Of a stretch of 64,000 nucleotides of DNA, positions 29,201 to 42,560 are shown piece after piece. Location of the stretch: the NCBI RefSeq assembly GCF_009914755.1, contig NC_060930.1; one strand, given 5' to 3'. Made by a program: the position numbers and the translations under genes. Numbering within the stretch: the stretch's first letter is position 1; each line of letters begins with the position of its first letter. The stretch comes from the human T2T-CHM13v2.0 reference genome, Homo sapiens. The notes under the pieces were generated by a model. The model made no database searches and was not told where the DNA came from. It saw nothing but the letters and a program-made list of their open reading frames with translations.

Positions 29201-32200
29201 GTTTGTGAGATATCTGGATCTGTAATTTTATTTTCTTATAATGGCTTTGCCTGATTTTGGTATTAGGATAATGCTGACCTCATAGAACAAGTTAGAAAGT
29301 TCTAACTTTTAATTACTTTAAAAAGATGCTTAAAGTGCTGTAATTTTTTCCTTTAATGTTTGGTAGAATTTACCAGTGAATCCATCTGGGCCTGGTGATT
29401 TGTGTTTGAAAGACTATTAATCATTGATTCAATTTTTAAATAGATATGCACTTATTCAGGTTGTCTATTTATTCTTGTGTGATTTCTGGCACATGGTGTC
29501 TTTCAAGAAATTGGTCCATTTCATTTAGGTTATTAAATATGTAGACATAGAGTTGTTCATAATATTACTTTATTATCCTCTTAATGTTCACAAAAACTGA
29601 AATTTTAATAATAGCAATTTGTATTTTGTCTTTTTTTTTGCTTGACTAGAGGCTTATTCATTTTATCTATCTTTTTAAAGAACTAGGTTTTGTTTTTGTT
29701 AATTTTCTCTATTGATTTCCTCTTTTCAATTTCACTGATTTCTGCATTGATTCTTATTGCTTATTTTCTTCTGCTTACATTGTATTTAATTTTCTTTTTC
29801 TAGTTTCCTGAGGTGGAAGCTTACACTATTTATGATGGATCTACTTCTATTTTACACATCCAGTACTATAAATTTCCCTCAAAGCACTGCTTTTGCTACA
29901 TCCCATAATTTTGATAAGTTGTATTTTTATTTTGACTTAGTCAAAATATTGTTTAATTTATATTGAGATTTCTTTTTTAATCTATGTGTTATTTGGAAAT
30001 GTGTTGTTTAATCTCTGTGTATTTTGGAACTTTTCAATTTTTTTTGTCATTGATTTCTTAGTTTAATTTAATTATATTCTGAGAGAAAACATTATATGAT
30101 TTCTATATTTAAAAATTTGTTAATCTGTGTGTTTTAATCCAGAATGTGGTCTATCTTGTGAGCTTAAGAGGAATGGATATTCTACTGTCTCTTGATGTAG
30201 CCCATAAATGTCAATTATAGCCAGTATTGTTGAGTTCAACTACGTTCTTACTAATTTTCTGCCTGCTGGATCTATTTCTGCAGATGGATGTTTAAGTTTC
30301 CAGCTATAATTGTGGAGTTCCTTTCAGTTCTATCAGTTTTTAACCTCATATAGTTTGATGCTTTGTTGTTAGTTGCATACACATTAAGAATTAGTTACAT
30401 CTTAGAGAACTTGTCTATTGTGTAATAACCTTCTTTATATCTGATAACTCTTCTTGCCTTAAAATCCACTCTGTCTCAAATTAGTATCATTATTCTGCTT
30501 TCTTTTGTTTAGTGTTAACGTGATATATTTTTCTTCATTCATTTACTTTTAATTTATTAAGCTTACCAGGGACATTCTTTCTGTTACACTGTTTTTGATT
30601 TCCAGAATTTATTTTGGGTTCTTTGTTAAGATTTTTGTGTGTCTTCATGTTTACAGTGGAATTTTTGTGAACAACATACATAGTTGGGTTGTGTTTTTTA
30701 ATCCACTCTAAAAAAATCTGTCCTTTTATTAATACATTTAGACCATTGACATTAAAAGTGATTATTGGTATAGTTAAGTAAATATCTATTATATTTGGTA
30801 CTATTTTGTTTTTGTTGCCCTTATTCTTTGTTCTTGTTTTTGTCTTCCACTCTTTTTCTGCCTTTTGTAGTTTTAACTGCAATTTTATAAAATTCCATTT
30901 TCTCTGCTTTTTTAGAATATCAGTTATACTGTTTTTCACTATTTTTGGTGATTGTCCTGGAGTTTGCCGTACTCATTTACAACTAATCCAAGTCTACCTT
31001 CAAATAACATTATACCACTTCAAGATTAGTGTGAGTACCTTATAACAAAATAATCTTAATTATTTCCTCTCATGTCTTATATCATTGCTGTCATTAATTT
31101 CACATATATAAGCATACATAAACTTTATACTATATTATACATATATACTACATATACATAAGCATACATAAACTCATGTATTGTTGATATTATTATTTTA
31201 AGCAATTTAAATCTGTTAGATCAATTGAGACTTTTTTTAAATTTTTATTTTATCTTCATTTATTTCTTCAATACTTTCTTTTCTTTATTTACATATGAGT
31301 TTCTGACCTATATTTATCTTTTTCGCTCCAAAAATCTTTTAACATTCCTTGCAAGGCAGTTCTACAGGCAACAAATGTTCTCGAATTTGTTTAAGAAAGT
31401 CTATTTCTCCTTCACTTTTGAAAAATAATATTTCAGGGTAGAGAATTCTAGGTTGGTGGATTTTTCTCTCTCAACAGTATTTATTTATTTATTTATTTAT
31501 TTATTATCTTCCATTTTTTTAATCTTTGATTTTCCGTAATTTTAAAATGATATGCCTATATTTGGTTTTGGCTCATTGTTTGTTTCTTTGGTTTTAGCAT
31601 TTATCCTGTTTCGTATTCTCTGTAGCTTCCTGGATTTATCTTTGGCTTGGTGTTTAACAGTAATTTGGAAAAATTCTCAGTCATTGTTTCAAATATTTTT
31701 TTCTGCTCTTCCTTTCTTTATTCTTCTTCTTGTAGTCCCATCAGATGTATTGTAACATCTTTTGTAGTTGTCACACAGTCCTTGAATGTTCTGTTTTTTT
31801 TTCTTCTTTCAGTCTTTGTTCTTTTTGCTTTTCAGTTTTGGAGGTTTCTATTGGTATGTCTTCAATCTCAAACAACCCTCAGTTAGTCTACAAATAGGCC
31901 CATCAAGAGGATTCTATTTTGGTTATAATGTTTTGGCTCCTAGAATTTATTTCTGGCTCACTTAGGATATGTATTTATCTGCTTACATTGCCCATCTGTT
32001 CTCACATTCTGTATTTTATTTGCTAGCACCCTTAACTTATTAATCACAGTTGTTTCTTAAAAAAATTATTATCTGATATTCCAATATCCCTGCCTTGTCT
32101 GATTTTTATGCTTGCTCTGTCTCTTCAAATTGTCTTTTTTGCCTTTTAGTATGTCTTATAATTTTTTCTTAATAGCTGGGTATGATGAACTAGGTAATAG

Positions 32201-32874
32201 GAAAGGCTGTAAATAGTTTTCTATTAATGTAGTGGTAAGGTGTGGAAGAGGGGAAGTGTTCTACAGTACTCTGATTAGTTTTCAATCTTTCAGTAAGAAC
32301 ATGCTTCCAGACTGTGAAATTTACCAGTGTTTCTTTTTTTTTTTTTCCTCCCCAATTAGGTGGAACAGAGAGGCTAGAGTGGGCTAGAGTTGGGGTATTT
32401 TCCTTCCCCCAGGTCGATTAGGCTCTGATGGTACCCCAGGAGGTTAGGCTCTGGTTAACTAGTTTCCTTTAGGAGAGGCCTTATTTAGAAGAACAGAGGG
32501 CTCTGTTCCTTTTTTCCCCCACCATTCTGGAAGTGTGGGAATTTTTCTCTGATTTTACTATGAGAATCTGGTCAACATCCTTTAGGTAAAACTTAGAAAA
32601 GTATGGAGGCTTCTCTATGACTTGATCGTCCTGGAGTTCTAACTCTCAAGATTTGTCTGTACTCTTACAATTTATCAATCTCTGCTTTTGTAAGCCATGA
32701 TTTCCTGTATTTTCCTGTCTGTCTCTCAAATTTTGAGGTCAAAGGTTTGTTCTGTGTCTTCACCTCTCTTATGGATCCAAGATCTGTTGATTTTTTTCAG
32801 TCTGTCACTTTTTTGACTGTTAGGATGAGGTGTCAACTTCCAAGCTCCTTACATGAAGAACCAGAAACCGGAAT
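26240..32874 (-). mobile_element. Near full-length ancient L1 (L1MC/L1MD-like)
   Basis: 3' UTR agcagttttagattcacagc...; ORF2 remnants (30535..30939 IITFNVNGLNVLIKGQIFLEWIKKHNPT, an endonuclease N-terminus); 5' end near 32870; possible degenerate TSD tctgagaagtcattt / tctgagcaggagttt. Confidence 0.8.
27712..27828. repeat. (TA)/(CA)/(TG) compound microsatellite
   Basis: Directly visible. Confidence 0.9.
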
Positions 32875-35280
32875 TCTGAGCAGGAGTTTAGAGCTGAGCA
32901 CTGTGTATGACTCTGTGGTCTTTCTGAAAAGAAAGGAGGCAGGAGACAGAGGGCACAGGGGTGAAGCTAGAACACAGGGATCCTGAGGCTCTGTCTTGAA
33001 AGAAAGCAGTTCTGCTTTAATCTACTTGTATATTGTCCTTTAGCTTTTTGGAATAATTGATTCTACTATATAAAGACAGATAGAGACATACACAGAGAGA
33101 CAAGTTATTAGTAGGTAGATAATGAATGGATGGATGGATAAAAAGATAGATGATGCATAGATACAAAGAATATGCCTGATTGCTATTGGTGGAGAAGGCA
33201 CATAATGACCTTCTAATTCTTGTGCTCTGAATCAGTTTGTTTTGTTTTTATCTTTCTTCAATCATGGATCTAGAGAGTTTGCTTTAGGTAACAAGGTATT
33301 ACTTAAGAGCGATCTCTGAGGATGTCTTGTGTAATCACAATAGGTAGAGTCTTATTTCTAGACCTTACTATCTTGTTTCTAATATTACTTTTAATTTGCC
33401 ATTGTAAATTCAGCCGTTTAACTCTTTCCTAATTGTTTTCAAACTCAACATCTCTACTTAACAAGAACTGAAAGTCTTAAAAATGAATGTTGTAATAAAA
33501 ACTATAGTCCTACATTAGCTTTATTTATGGAAGGAACTTATGATAAAATCAAAAATGAGAAAGAATACACAGATATGGGTAAAGTGAAGCTTGTAGGCCA
33601 AAGTTTCCAATTAATAAAGCTTTTTATTTCTCTTCTGGGATCAACTGCATATCCATTTAGATACCGGCTTCAATACTGAACAAAAACTAATGTTCAAGAA
33701 CTTATGCAATTGAACTTCTCTGCTTTAAAACTGCTTATGACCTTATTTGGAAGTCAAGTGTAAATTTCTGATTCACTCTATGTAAAGCTGTCAGCTGACC
33801 TCAATGTAAATGAATATTTTAGATTTCCTGGTTGTTTGCCTTACCTGCTAGAAAATTCCTGGAGTGAGGAGTAAAAATAAATATAAAGATACCAGTGTGG
33901 TTACTTAATTCCTCACCTTGTCAGTAGAAGAAAATTCACATAATTTAATTTCCCACCCTCCTGTCTCTGTATTTTCTCTGCTGTCTGTCATAGGAGGGCG
34001 ATGTAGATGCATATTAATGAGACCAGGCTAGGCAGACACTCAAGGCATTTTTCTCAATCTGGAAAAAATGCCTCAACAATATTTACAAAAGTCTATGACA
34101 AGACAGTTGCATAAGCAATTGTCAAACTTAAAAGAGTTAGGAGGCAAAAGAGAGGCAAGGTGAGATCAAGAAGCTTGTACTAAAAAAACCGTGGCAAACA
34201 GTATTTATCTTTTTTCTTGGTCTAAAGTCATATGGTATCATCTAGACTTTGCACAAATATCCTTGATTTAGATACCATTTTGTTCCAACAATCTTGACTC
34301 ACAATAACAGAGAAAAATTACATGAAAATATTCAGAAATGGAAAAGTAGCCTATTTGTGAATCACTTTCTATGAAAGATTTTATATTGTTAAATAGAGAT
34401 ATACTTAACAATAAGCGAGGTAGATGAGTGCTGATATAATAGATTTCACACAATCAAGGAATAATCATGAAATGTATGGGTATCCTAAGTGTAAAGAGAG
34501 ACTTTCAGGATAATGACATTGAAATTGTAAAGAAATGTGTTTTATATATATATGCACACACCCACTTACTCACAAATATACATACATATGTATGTATATA
34601 TACATCCTTTTAAAAAAATTTTTAAAATTCCAGTTAAAAAATTAATTGCTCCAAAGAGAGAGATGGCCTGCTTATATTGAAAAGACTTAGGAACTTTTCA
34701 CGAGAAAAAGATGCTTACAATCTATAGTGAACTCCTTATTTGGGCTAAAGAAGGTATTACCATAAGTGCAATAGATACCGTTTTGCCCCATCCATTTACA
34801 TAGGAAACATTTAGTTAGATTCTGAGCATTTCATTTTAAGAGACAATTTGACATTCTATAGAATGTCATTAATAGAATGATTATGTGTCTGGAATCTACA
34901 GCATATAAAGAACTAAAGATGTAGTTGATGATCATCCCGAAAGAAAAAAAATAACAGGAATAAAACAAGATCTCTATCCAATGGTCTCTGACACAGATAA
35001 GGGGTTTCATTCGTTCAGCACCAATCCAGTGATATCCATCAGGGTCATTGTGTAAGAGAAGAGAAGAGGAGGCATGTTAGTTGTGATATAACCAACTCTG
35101 TCACAAACAATATGCAAGCCTAGACTCATATTAAGGGTGGGCTGTAGAAAGATGTCCTGTACTAGATGGTGCTTAATTTTAAGGATATATTTACCCATGA
35201 GTCCTAGATGATATATTATTTATATCTCTTCCTAAAAGTATGCCAGATCCATTCCTAAAAATAAGATTTGTTATAAGTAA

Positions 35281-35312
35281 TTCTAGAATATTCCCTCTAG
35301 AATATTCTAGAA
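35281..35312. promoter_or_regulatory. Candidate tandem heat-shock elements (HSF sites)
   Basis: TTCtaGAAtaTTC (35281-35293) followed by GAAtaTTCtaGAA (35300-35312): two perfect three-pentamer nGAAn arrays. Confidence 0.35.
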
Positions 35313-35879
35313 TGTCATTTAGAAAACAAAGTGTATCTTTCAAAGCCCCTTTCCACCACCTACCTTTGGTTAACTCTTTGAGTCTTTCTTATTTTCTTCC
35401 ATAAGCCATGATTTCCATTCCCTTCTCTTCTTGATAATAATGTAATTTCATAAAAGTACCTCATATACATATTCAACATAAGTTGTAAATAAATAGTTGC
35501 TGGTTAAAACTAAGATAGTTCCTATGAGTTTTATGTGTTTACAGATGCTAAGTTCTTAATGAAGGAATTGAAACTCTAACTTGAAATTTAGGGCAACAAC
35601 AATCTTAATTTTTTGTGCGGAGAGACTGTTCCAAAGACCCATTAATAGTGCATGAGAGGCTGAGTAACCTGCTAGTGGAAAAAGCATAAAGCAACTATGC
35701 TTCTGGGTTGCAGAATAAAGAACCCCATCCAAATTTTCCAAAATATGGTCATTGGGGAACTCACCAGTTCATTCACCTCTGTTAAGTACTTCTAATTTAG
35801 AAGAAATAAAACAGTTCAGTGTACTTGTGGCCTTTTCTTAGTCATCTTTACCAGTTCATTATCCTATCCCTGACCTTTA

Positions 35880-36985
35880 AATTTTAAGTTCCTCAAAGAT
35901 CTTTCCAAATTCCTTTTTTTTCTGGAAGAATCATCTCTATAATCTTTTAACTCTACTATAATCCACGATATTTTCTTCAAATAAAATATGTATGCAATTT
36001 TTAAAAAACAAATGATCTCTCTTTCTTTGCATCTATACTCTTACATGTAACTACTTTCCTAACATGTCTAGCTGAGATATCTTAAAGACTTCTCAACTAA
36101 GTATGTCTGAAATTAAATTTATTATCTTTCCCTCAAACCAGCTCTTTTTCTAGGGTGATACATTTTATGAACAAAGCAATGATTTATATAATTGTGCAAG
36201 TCAGAAATCTAGCATTTATCCTTGGTTCCTCCTACTTCTTCACACTCATGATTCATATGTCTTCATTTATTATTAAATCACCTTCTAAATATTTCTCAAA
36301 ACTGGCTTCTTTAATTCATCTTAATAAGTTCACCCCCACAGTTTTACCTACCTTCCTCTCTTTCTTGGACCACTTCGACAATCAGCTAACGGCTTTCAAC
36401 TCAGATTACTGCCTTTGTTTCAATCCATTCTACATATGGAAAAAAAGTGATCTTTTAAAAATGGAGATCTCATTAAAAAGGCTAAAGTTCTTAGCATGCC
36501 CTAAACTGCCCTGCTTATTCTCATCCTGCATTCATCTGCTGTCACTGCCTCTCCCCAGCTCACTTTCTGCTTAGACCCTAGAACTTTATTCAGCTTTCAG
36601 AAAACTATGCTCCCTCACAATGAAGGTCTTTGCACTTGCAGTTTCTCCCATCTGCTTAAAATATTCTGTTCAAACCTTCTTTTCATATTAAACTACTCTT
36701 CAACTGTTGGCTTTCAACACACATGATTTTTCTCTTAAAATAGGCATCCTTGATGTCTCATACTGAGTCAAATCCATTCATAGAATTTCATGACAACTTA
36801 TACTTTTCCCACATGATACGTTTAAGACTTTATAAGTATATTTGTGTGATCACTTAATATCTACTTCACCCTCTATATTATAGGTGCCAAAAGGGCAGGT
36901 ATCATGTGTGTTTTGATGATTCACTGCAAAATACATATTTACAAATGTGATAATTAAGTAAATGAAAGAAAGAATACATGAATAA
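35880..36985 (+). mobile_element. L2 element 3' region
   Basis: cttctcaactaagtatgtctgaaattaaatttattatctttccctcaaacc, ggtctttgcacttgcagtttc, tail aatgaaagaaagaatacatgaat. Confidence 0.7.
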
Positions 36986-37872
36986 AATAAGACATTTGAA
37001 ATTTAAAAACCTACAAAAGGAACTTCTGGAGTATTGGCAAATTTTGCTTTATTTGTGCTATTTGTATTTAACTTTGTTAATAGTCATCAGATTGTACTGA
37101 GGAGCAATATTTTTTGAAAGTTTTCTTTGATGAATTTACTGTAAAATCAATGACGTGAAGGTTAAATTGATGTAGGCATTAAGCAAGATATTTCTTTGAG
37201 CGTGTTTAAGATTTCAATTTTCTGACATGTTCAAAGTGATTTCTAGAAACACTTTGAAAATATGCTATGGATTGGATATATAAGCTTGAGTAAAAAAAAA
37301 TTTTCAAATTTTTTTTCAAAATAGTAATTTAAAAGCATTTGTGCACACTTCTTTGTTCTTTGTGTTTTTATGCAAAAAGAATACCATTTCTCTTCATTCT
37401 ACTTTTAAATATTCAAACACATTTCTCTAGTGTATTCTCCATTTAAAATATGCAGGCACATGTGCAAAATTGCAGCTGATTCAGCCTGTCTAAATACATG
37501 CCAATGTGCAACTTGAACCCGTTTTTGATGTTTTCTATGTTTTTTCCAGAATGAAATATTTAGTCTTTTGCTAGTAACTTCAAAAAAGATTTTGAAATAT
37601 TTATAAAGTATATAGCATACACATAAAAAGTAGATGCAATAAATTCTCATTATTTTATTCAAATTGTTCTAAGATTCAATTACATTATTTTGAACTCTCT
37701 TCTGAGATACTCCTTAAAAACTTGTAAACTTATAATGAAGTACTTGAAGCCACTTCTAGGCAGCTCCTCAACTAAAGAGCCATGGGAAGGTATGTAGACT
37801 GACATTAAAGACAGTGAAAGGGATAATGATAGGACTTAATGTCTGAAAATGCCAGAATTTTGAGTTATTGAG

Positions 37873-38215
37873 TGTAATGGTTAATTGCATGTATCAACTT
37901 GTAGGGTATTTTTTGGATGAGATTACCATTTAAATTGGTGAACACTGCGTAAGCAAATTCCCCTCCATAATGTGGGTAGCCTCATTTAATCAGTTGAAGG
38001 CCTAACAAGAACAAAAAGATTAGTCTCCACAAACAGGGGGGAGTTTTTCAGTAGACTGCCTTTGGACTTATCTACACCATCACACTATTCACTCCCCTCG
38101 GTCTCTAGCCTACCAGCCTACACTGTAGATTTTGGACTCGCCAGCTTTCATAATTGTGTGAGCCAATTCCTTATAAGAAATTCCTCTATTTTCTTCTCTC
38201 TCTTTCTCTGCCTCT
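37873..38215 (+). mobile_element. MLT2-family LTR (partial)
   Basis: tgtaatggttaattgcatgtatcaactt ... cataattgtgtgagccaattcc. Confidence 0.75.
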
Positions 38216-38602
38216 CCATATTATATATGCTATTGAATTGTATATTATAATGGATGAATATTTTGAGATATAAATTAAGTATTAGTAAAGCTCCTAAAAA
38301 AACAGAAATAAAAAAGGAAGTTCACTACTGCAATTAAATCTGAGAAGGGAATCTATTTTTCAGCACTCAACCATTTATATACATGTATATCACAGTGAAT
38401 ATATCCAATCATATATAAAATCTATGAACAATTTTATAATTCCACAATACTCATGGAATGAATATTTATGGAGTATTTTTCTGTTCTGAAAGTTTGTATC
38501 CATTTCATCTAATCTCTTTTCCAAGATTTAGAAGTAGATTGCATGTTTTCTTTCTCTGTTGCTTAAGATATTTTCTAGGACAGTAGCATTATAATACTGG
38601 CA

Positions 38603-39822
38603 GAACACATACAAAGAGAATTGAAACTGGACCCTGTCTTTACACCATATAGAAAAATCAACTCAAGATGGATTAAAAACCTAAATGTAACACCTAAACC
38701 TATAAAAAACCATTGAAGGAAACTTATGAAATACCATTCTGGACATATGTCCTGGCAAAGACTTCATGAAGAAGATGCCAAAAGCAATTGCAACAAAAAC
38801 AAAAATTGAAAAGTGGGATCTAATTAAACTAAAGAGCTTCCACACAGCAAAAGAAACTGTCAACAGATTAAACAACCAGCCCACAGAATGGGAGAAAATA
38901 TTTGCAAACTATGCATCTGACAATGGTCTAATATTCATAATCTATAAGGAACTTAAGTAAATCAACAAGCAGAAAGCAAAACAAAAATAATATCGAAAAG
39001 CAAGCAAAGGATATGAACAAGCACTTTTCAAAAGAAGACATACGCACAGCCAACAAGCACATGAAAAAAATTCTCAACATCACTAATCATTAGAGAAAAG
39101 CAAGTCAAAACCACAGTGAGATAGTATTCATACTAGTCAGAATGACTACTATTAAAAAGAAGTCAAAAGATAACAGATGCAGGTGAGGTTGCAAAAAAAT
39201 TAGGGAGAATGCTTACACATTGCTGATGGAAATGTAAATTAGTTCAAACACTGTGGAAAGCAGTTTTGTAATGTCTCCAATAAATTAAAATAGAACTACC
39301 ATTCTACCCATTAATCCTATTATTGGGTATACAACCAAAGGAATACAAATTACTCTACCATAAAGATATATGCATGCATATGTTCATCACAGCACTATTC
39401 ACAATAGCAAAGACATGAAGTCAATCCAGGTGCCTATCAACAGTGGACTGGAAAAATAAAATGTGGTACATATACACCATGGAATACTACACAGCCATAA
39501 AAATGAATAAGACTGTGTACTTGGCAGCAGCAGGGATGGAGCTAGAGGCCATTATCCTAAACAAACTAATGGAGGAACAGAAAACCAAATACCACATGTT
39601 CTCACTTATTAATAGGAGCTAAACATTGAGTACACACAGACACAAAGAAGGGACGAATAGACATAGGGGCCTACTTCAAAGTAGAGGGTGGGAAGTGAGT
39701 GAAGATCAAAAAACTACCTATAGGGTACTATGCTCCTTACCTGGGTGACAGGTAAAAGAAACCCACATGACACACAGTATTACTGCACATGTACCCCTGA
39801 AACTAAAATAAAAGCTAAAAAC
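38603..39822 (+). mobile_element. 5'-truncated old primate L1 (L1PA15-16/L1PB-like)
   Basis: ORF 38766..38960 [28 protein letters not shown] is the ORF2 C-terminal region; 3' UTR ends gtacccctgaaactaaaataaaagc. Confidence 0.85.
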
Positions 39823-40221
39823 AAATACTGGCAGGACATTTTAAAAATAAGTGGGACCTTTGAAATTCTTAATGATTATTTTATAGGCAATAGCATACAC
39901 TGTTTTATCACAGGCAGCAACACGTGGACAGGAGAAAGTGTCTTCCTCTAGCTTTCTCTTGTAATTGACAGAACTGGACTCAGGTTTGGTTTGCCACATT
40001 CCCTCTCCTGTTCTCTGTTTGTTTGTTTGTTCAGATTTTCCACTCTGAGTAAACTATCTCTTGAGTAAATAAAACATTTCAGGTAGTTTCTGAAAAGGCC
40101 TGTCAGAAACTGGCACGTTGAATCCCCAGCACTGAGAGAAATGGAAGTAAGCAAAGTTGTCACCTCCATGCCAAATTTACTAGGAGCTGAATTCCAGGTA
40201 TATCAAATCAAGGAGTTCCAC

Positions 40222-40384
40222 CAGGACTAGATAAATAATTTTCAGGACCCCAATACAAAGTAAAAGTTCTGGAACCCTTGTTCAGAAATTGCTAAGAATT
40301 TCAAGACCGTGAGAGCAAAGTATGAAACCAAGTGTTGCGCCCCTTGACGTGGGGCCCTCTGTGGCTACCAGAAAGCATGCCCTG
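40222..40384 (-). mobile_element. MER45A-like hAT MITE
   Basis: CAGG...CCTG termini, internal cccttgttcagaaattgctaagaatttcaagac; gttcca repeated on both flanks. Confidence 0.75.
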
Positions 40385-41589
40385 GTTCCAGATATACTTC
40401 AACTCCTTACTTTATAGCAGATGCTTCTTTAAGTACTCAAATGATAAAGATTGGCACTCCTTATCCTGAGGTAATGAAAAACAATTTCAGGTGAACATTA
40501 GCAGTCTGAATTGGGTATGAGTGAGCAATGACTACCTTATTACTACCAAGAAAATAACTGCCTCTCAAATAAATGAGACATGAGTAAGTCTTTAGTTGCA
40601 ACAGTTAAAGCCAAATAACTGAAAACATTATTTGTATTGAAGCAAATGACTATCGAAATGCAGAAGATATTTTGTGTTTAACAGAAATTTATATCCAATA
40701 CCTTAGATTTTTAAGAACATAAAACACACTAGTATCTTTGTAAGCAACTCCAATGCCATCATGTTTTGTGATAGAGTACTTAGGTTAACTCCCATACTTT
40801 AAAAAATTTTAATTGATAGCATTTATTTTCAAATTCTTTAGCCATTCTAACAGGATGAGAAGAAGACCAAAATTTTAAAAGCACAGATAAGGATTCGCTT
40901 TTGTTAAGATCGTTCACTTTTAGCAAGTATCAATTGACAGAAGATATACATACTAGACTTTTTTGGATAAGGCGATCTTAATTTCACAGTTGAGAGATTC
41001 CTATTTGCCACTTTCTAGCCATTTAGCCAGCACCTATTTCACTTGTTTCACTGCTCTTTGTTTTTTTTTTTTTTTTTTAAACTTCTTGCAATATTTTTCA
41101 CTTCTTTCTGCAATTGTTCTCTGTTCTCTGTGTAAATCCTTGATAATGTCTGAAAATTTCCTCAATGTTCGTCAGGTCTTGAGATTTTCCTGATACCTAG
41201 GAATGCTGGTCAGAGAAATACATTCCAAAAAATAGTTTCCAAAGTATCGTTCATGATTGGACTGGCAAAGTTACCAAGTGGATGTAAACTTTGTACCTGA
41301 CTTTGTACCTCTCCTGACTTAAAAGATGTTTAAGACATCAGCTCTCAGTTTGGCTTTTCATGCAATTTATTTTCCTCCCTGGAACATTCTTCTTTTTCAG
41401 AAACAGACTTTATGGAACATTTTACCCCCTATTTCCTGCCTCAGGGCTTGCCTAGTTTTGCATGAAAGATTTCCAGAAATGTGAACTGTTGGCATTTTCT
41501 AATACCAAGATTTACTCTTATTTAATAATTTATTTAAAATATCTTCCTCCCTTGAACTGACACGGTATGTTTTCCTCCATTAAATTTTA

Positions 41590-42560
41590 AATTAAATATT
41601 TTATTTGAAGATAACTGTAGATTCACTTGAAGTTGTAAGAAATAAGACAGAGAAATCCCATATATCCTTTATTCAGTTCCCCCAGTGGTTTCATCTTGCA
41701 AAACTATATAGCATTATCACAAACAGGATTGACAGTGATACAATCCATGGGTCTTATTCGAATATCCAGTTTTATTTATACTTTTATATGTGTTTAGTTC
41801 TATCCAATTTTATCATTTATGTAGGTCCATGTATCCACCACCACAGCCAAGATACAGAATAGTTCCATTATCACAAGTAGCCCCTATGTTGGTCTTTTAT
41901 AACACACTCACAGCCACTTACCTGTTTTCCACTACTATAATGTTGTAATTTCAAAAATGTTATATAAATGAAATCACATAATATGTAACCCTTTAGAATC
42001 AGCATAATTCACTCTCATAATTCTTAGAGATTCGTTCATGTTGATGTGTGTAACAATACTTTGTTTCTTTATATTGCTAAGTGATATTCCATTGTATAAA
42101 TACACTACAGTTTCTTTAACCATTCACTAATTAAAAATCATCTGGGGTTTTTAAGATTGTGTCTATTTTGAACAAAGCCATTGTGAACATTTGGGTATAG
42201 ATCGTGTGAATATAAATTTTCATTTCTTTGAAATAGACCAAAAATACAATTGCTGGGTCGAATGGCAATTGCATTTTTAATTTTATGAGAAACCACCAAA
42301 TTATTTTCCAGAGTGAGTGTAACATTTAACATTCTCACCAGCTATGTATAAGTGATTCAGTTTCTCCATGTCCCTGTGAGTATTTGGTGTTATCTTTATT
42401 GCTCATTTTATCAAGTCTGATAGGTATATAGTGATATCTCACTGCAAGATTAATTTTTATTTCTGTAATGATTAAATGATGTTGAATATTTTTCAATTTA
42501 TGTATGTGCCTTTTGTGTATCCTCTTCATGTCTTTAGTCCATTTTAAAATTGGATTTCAG
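41590..42560 (-). mobile_element. L1MC/L1MD-like 3' fragment
   Basis: tagattcacttgaagttgtaagaaataagacagag 3' UTR; ORF 42131..42325 LPFDPAI motif. Confidence 0.7.
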
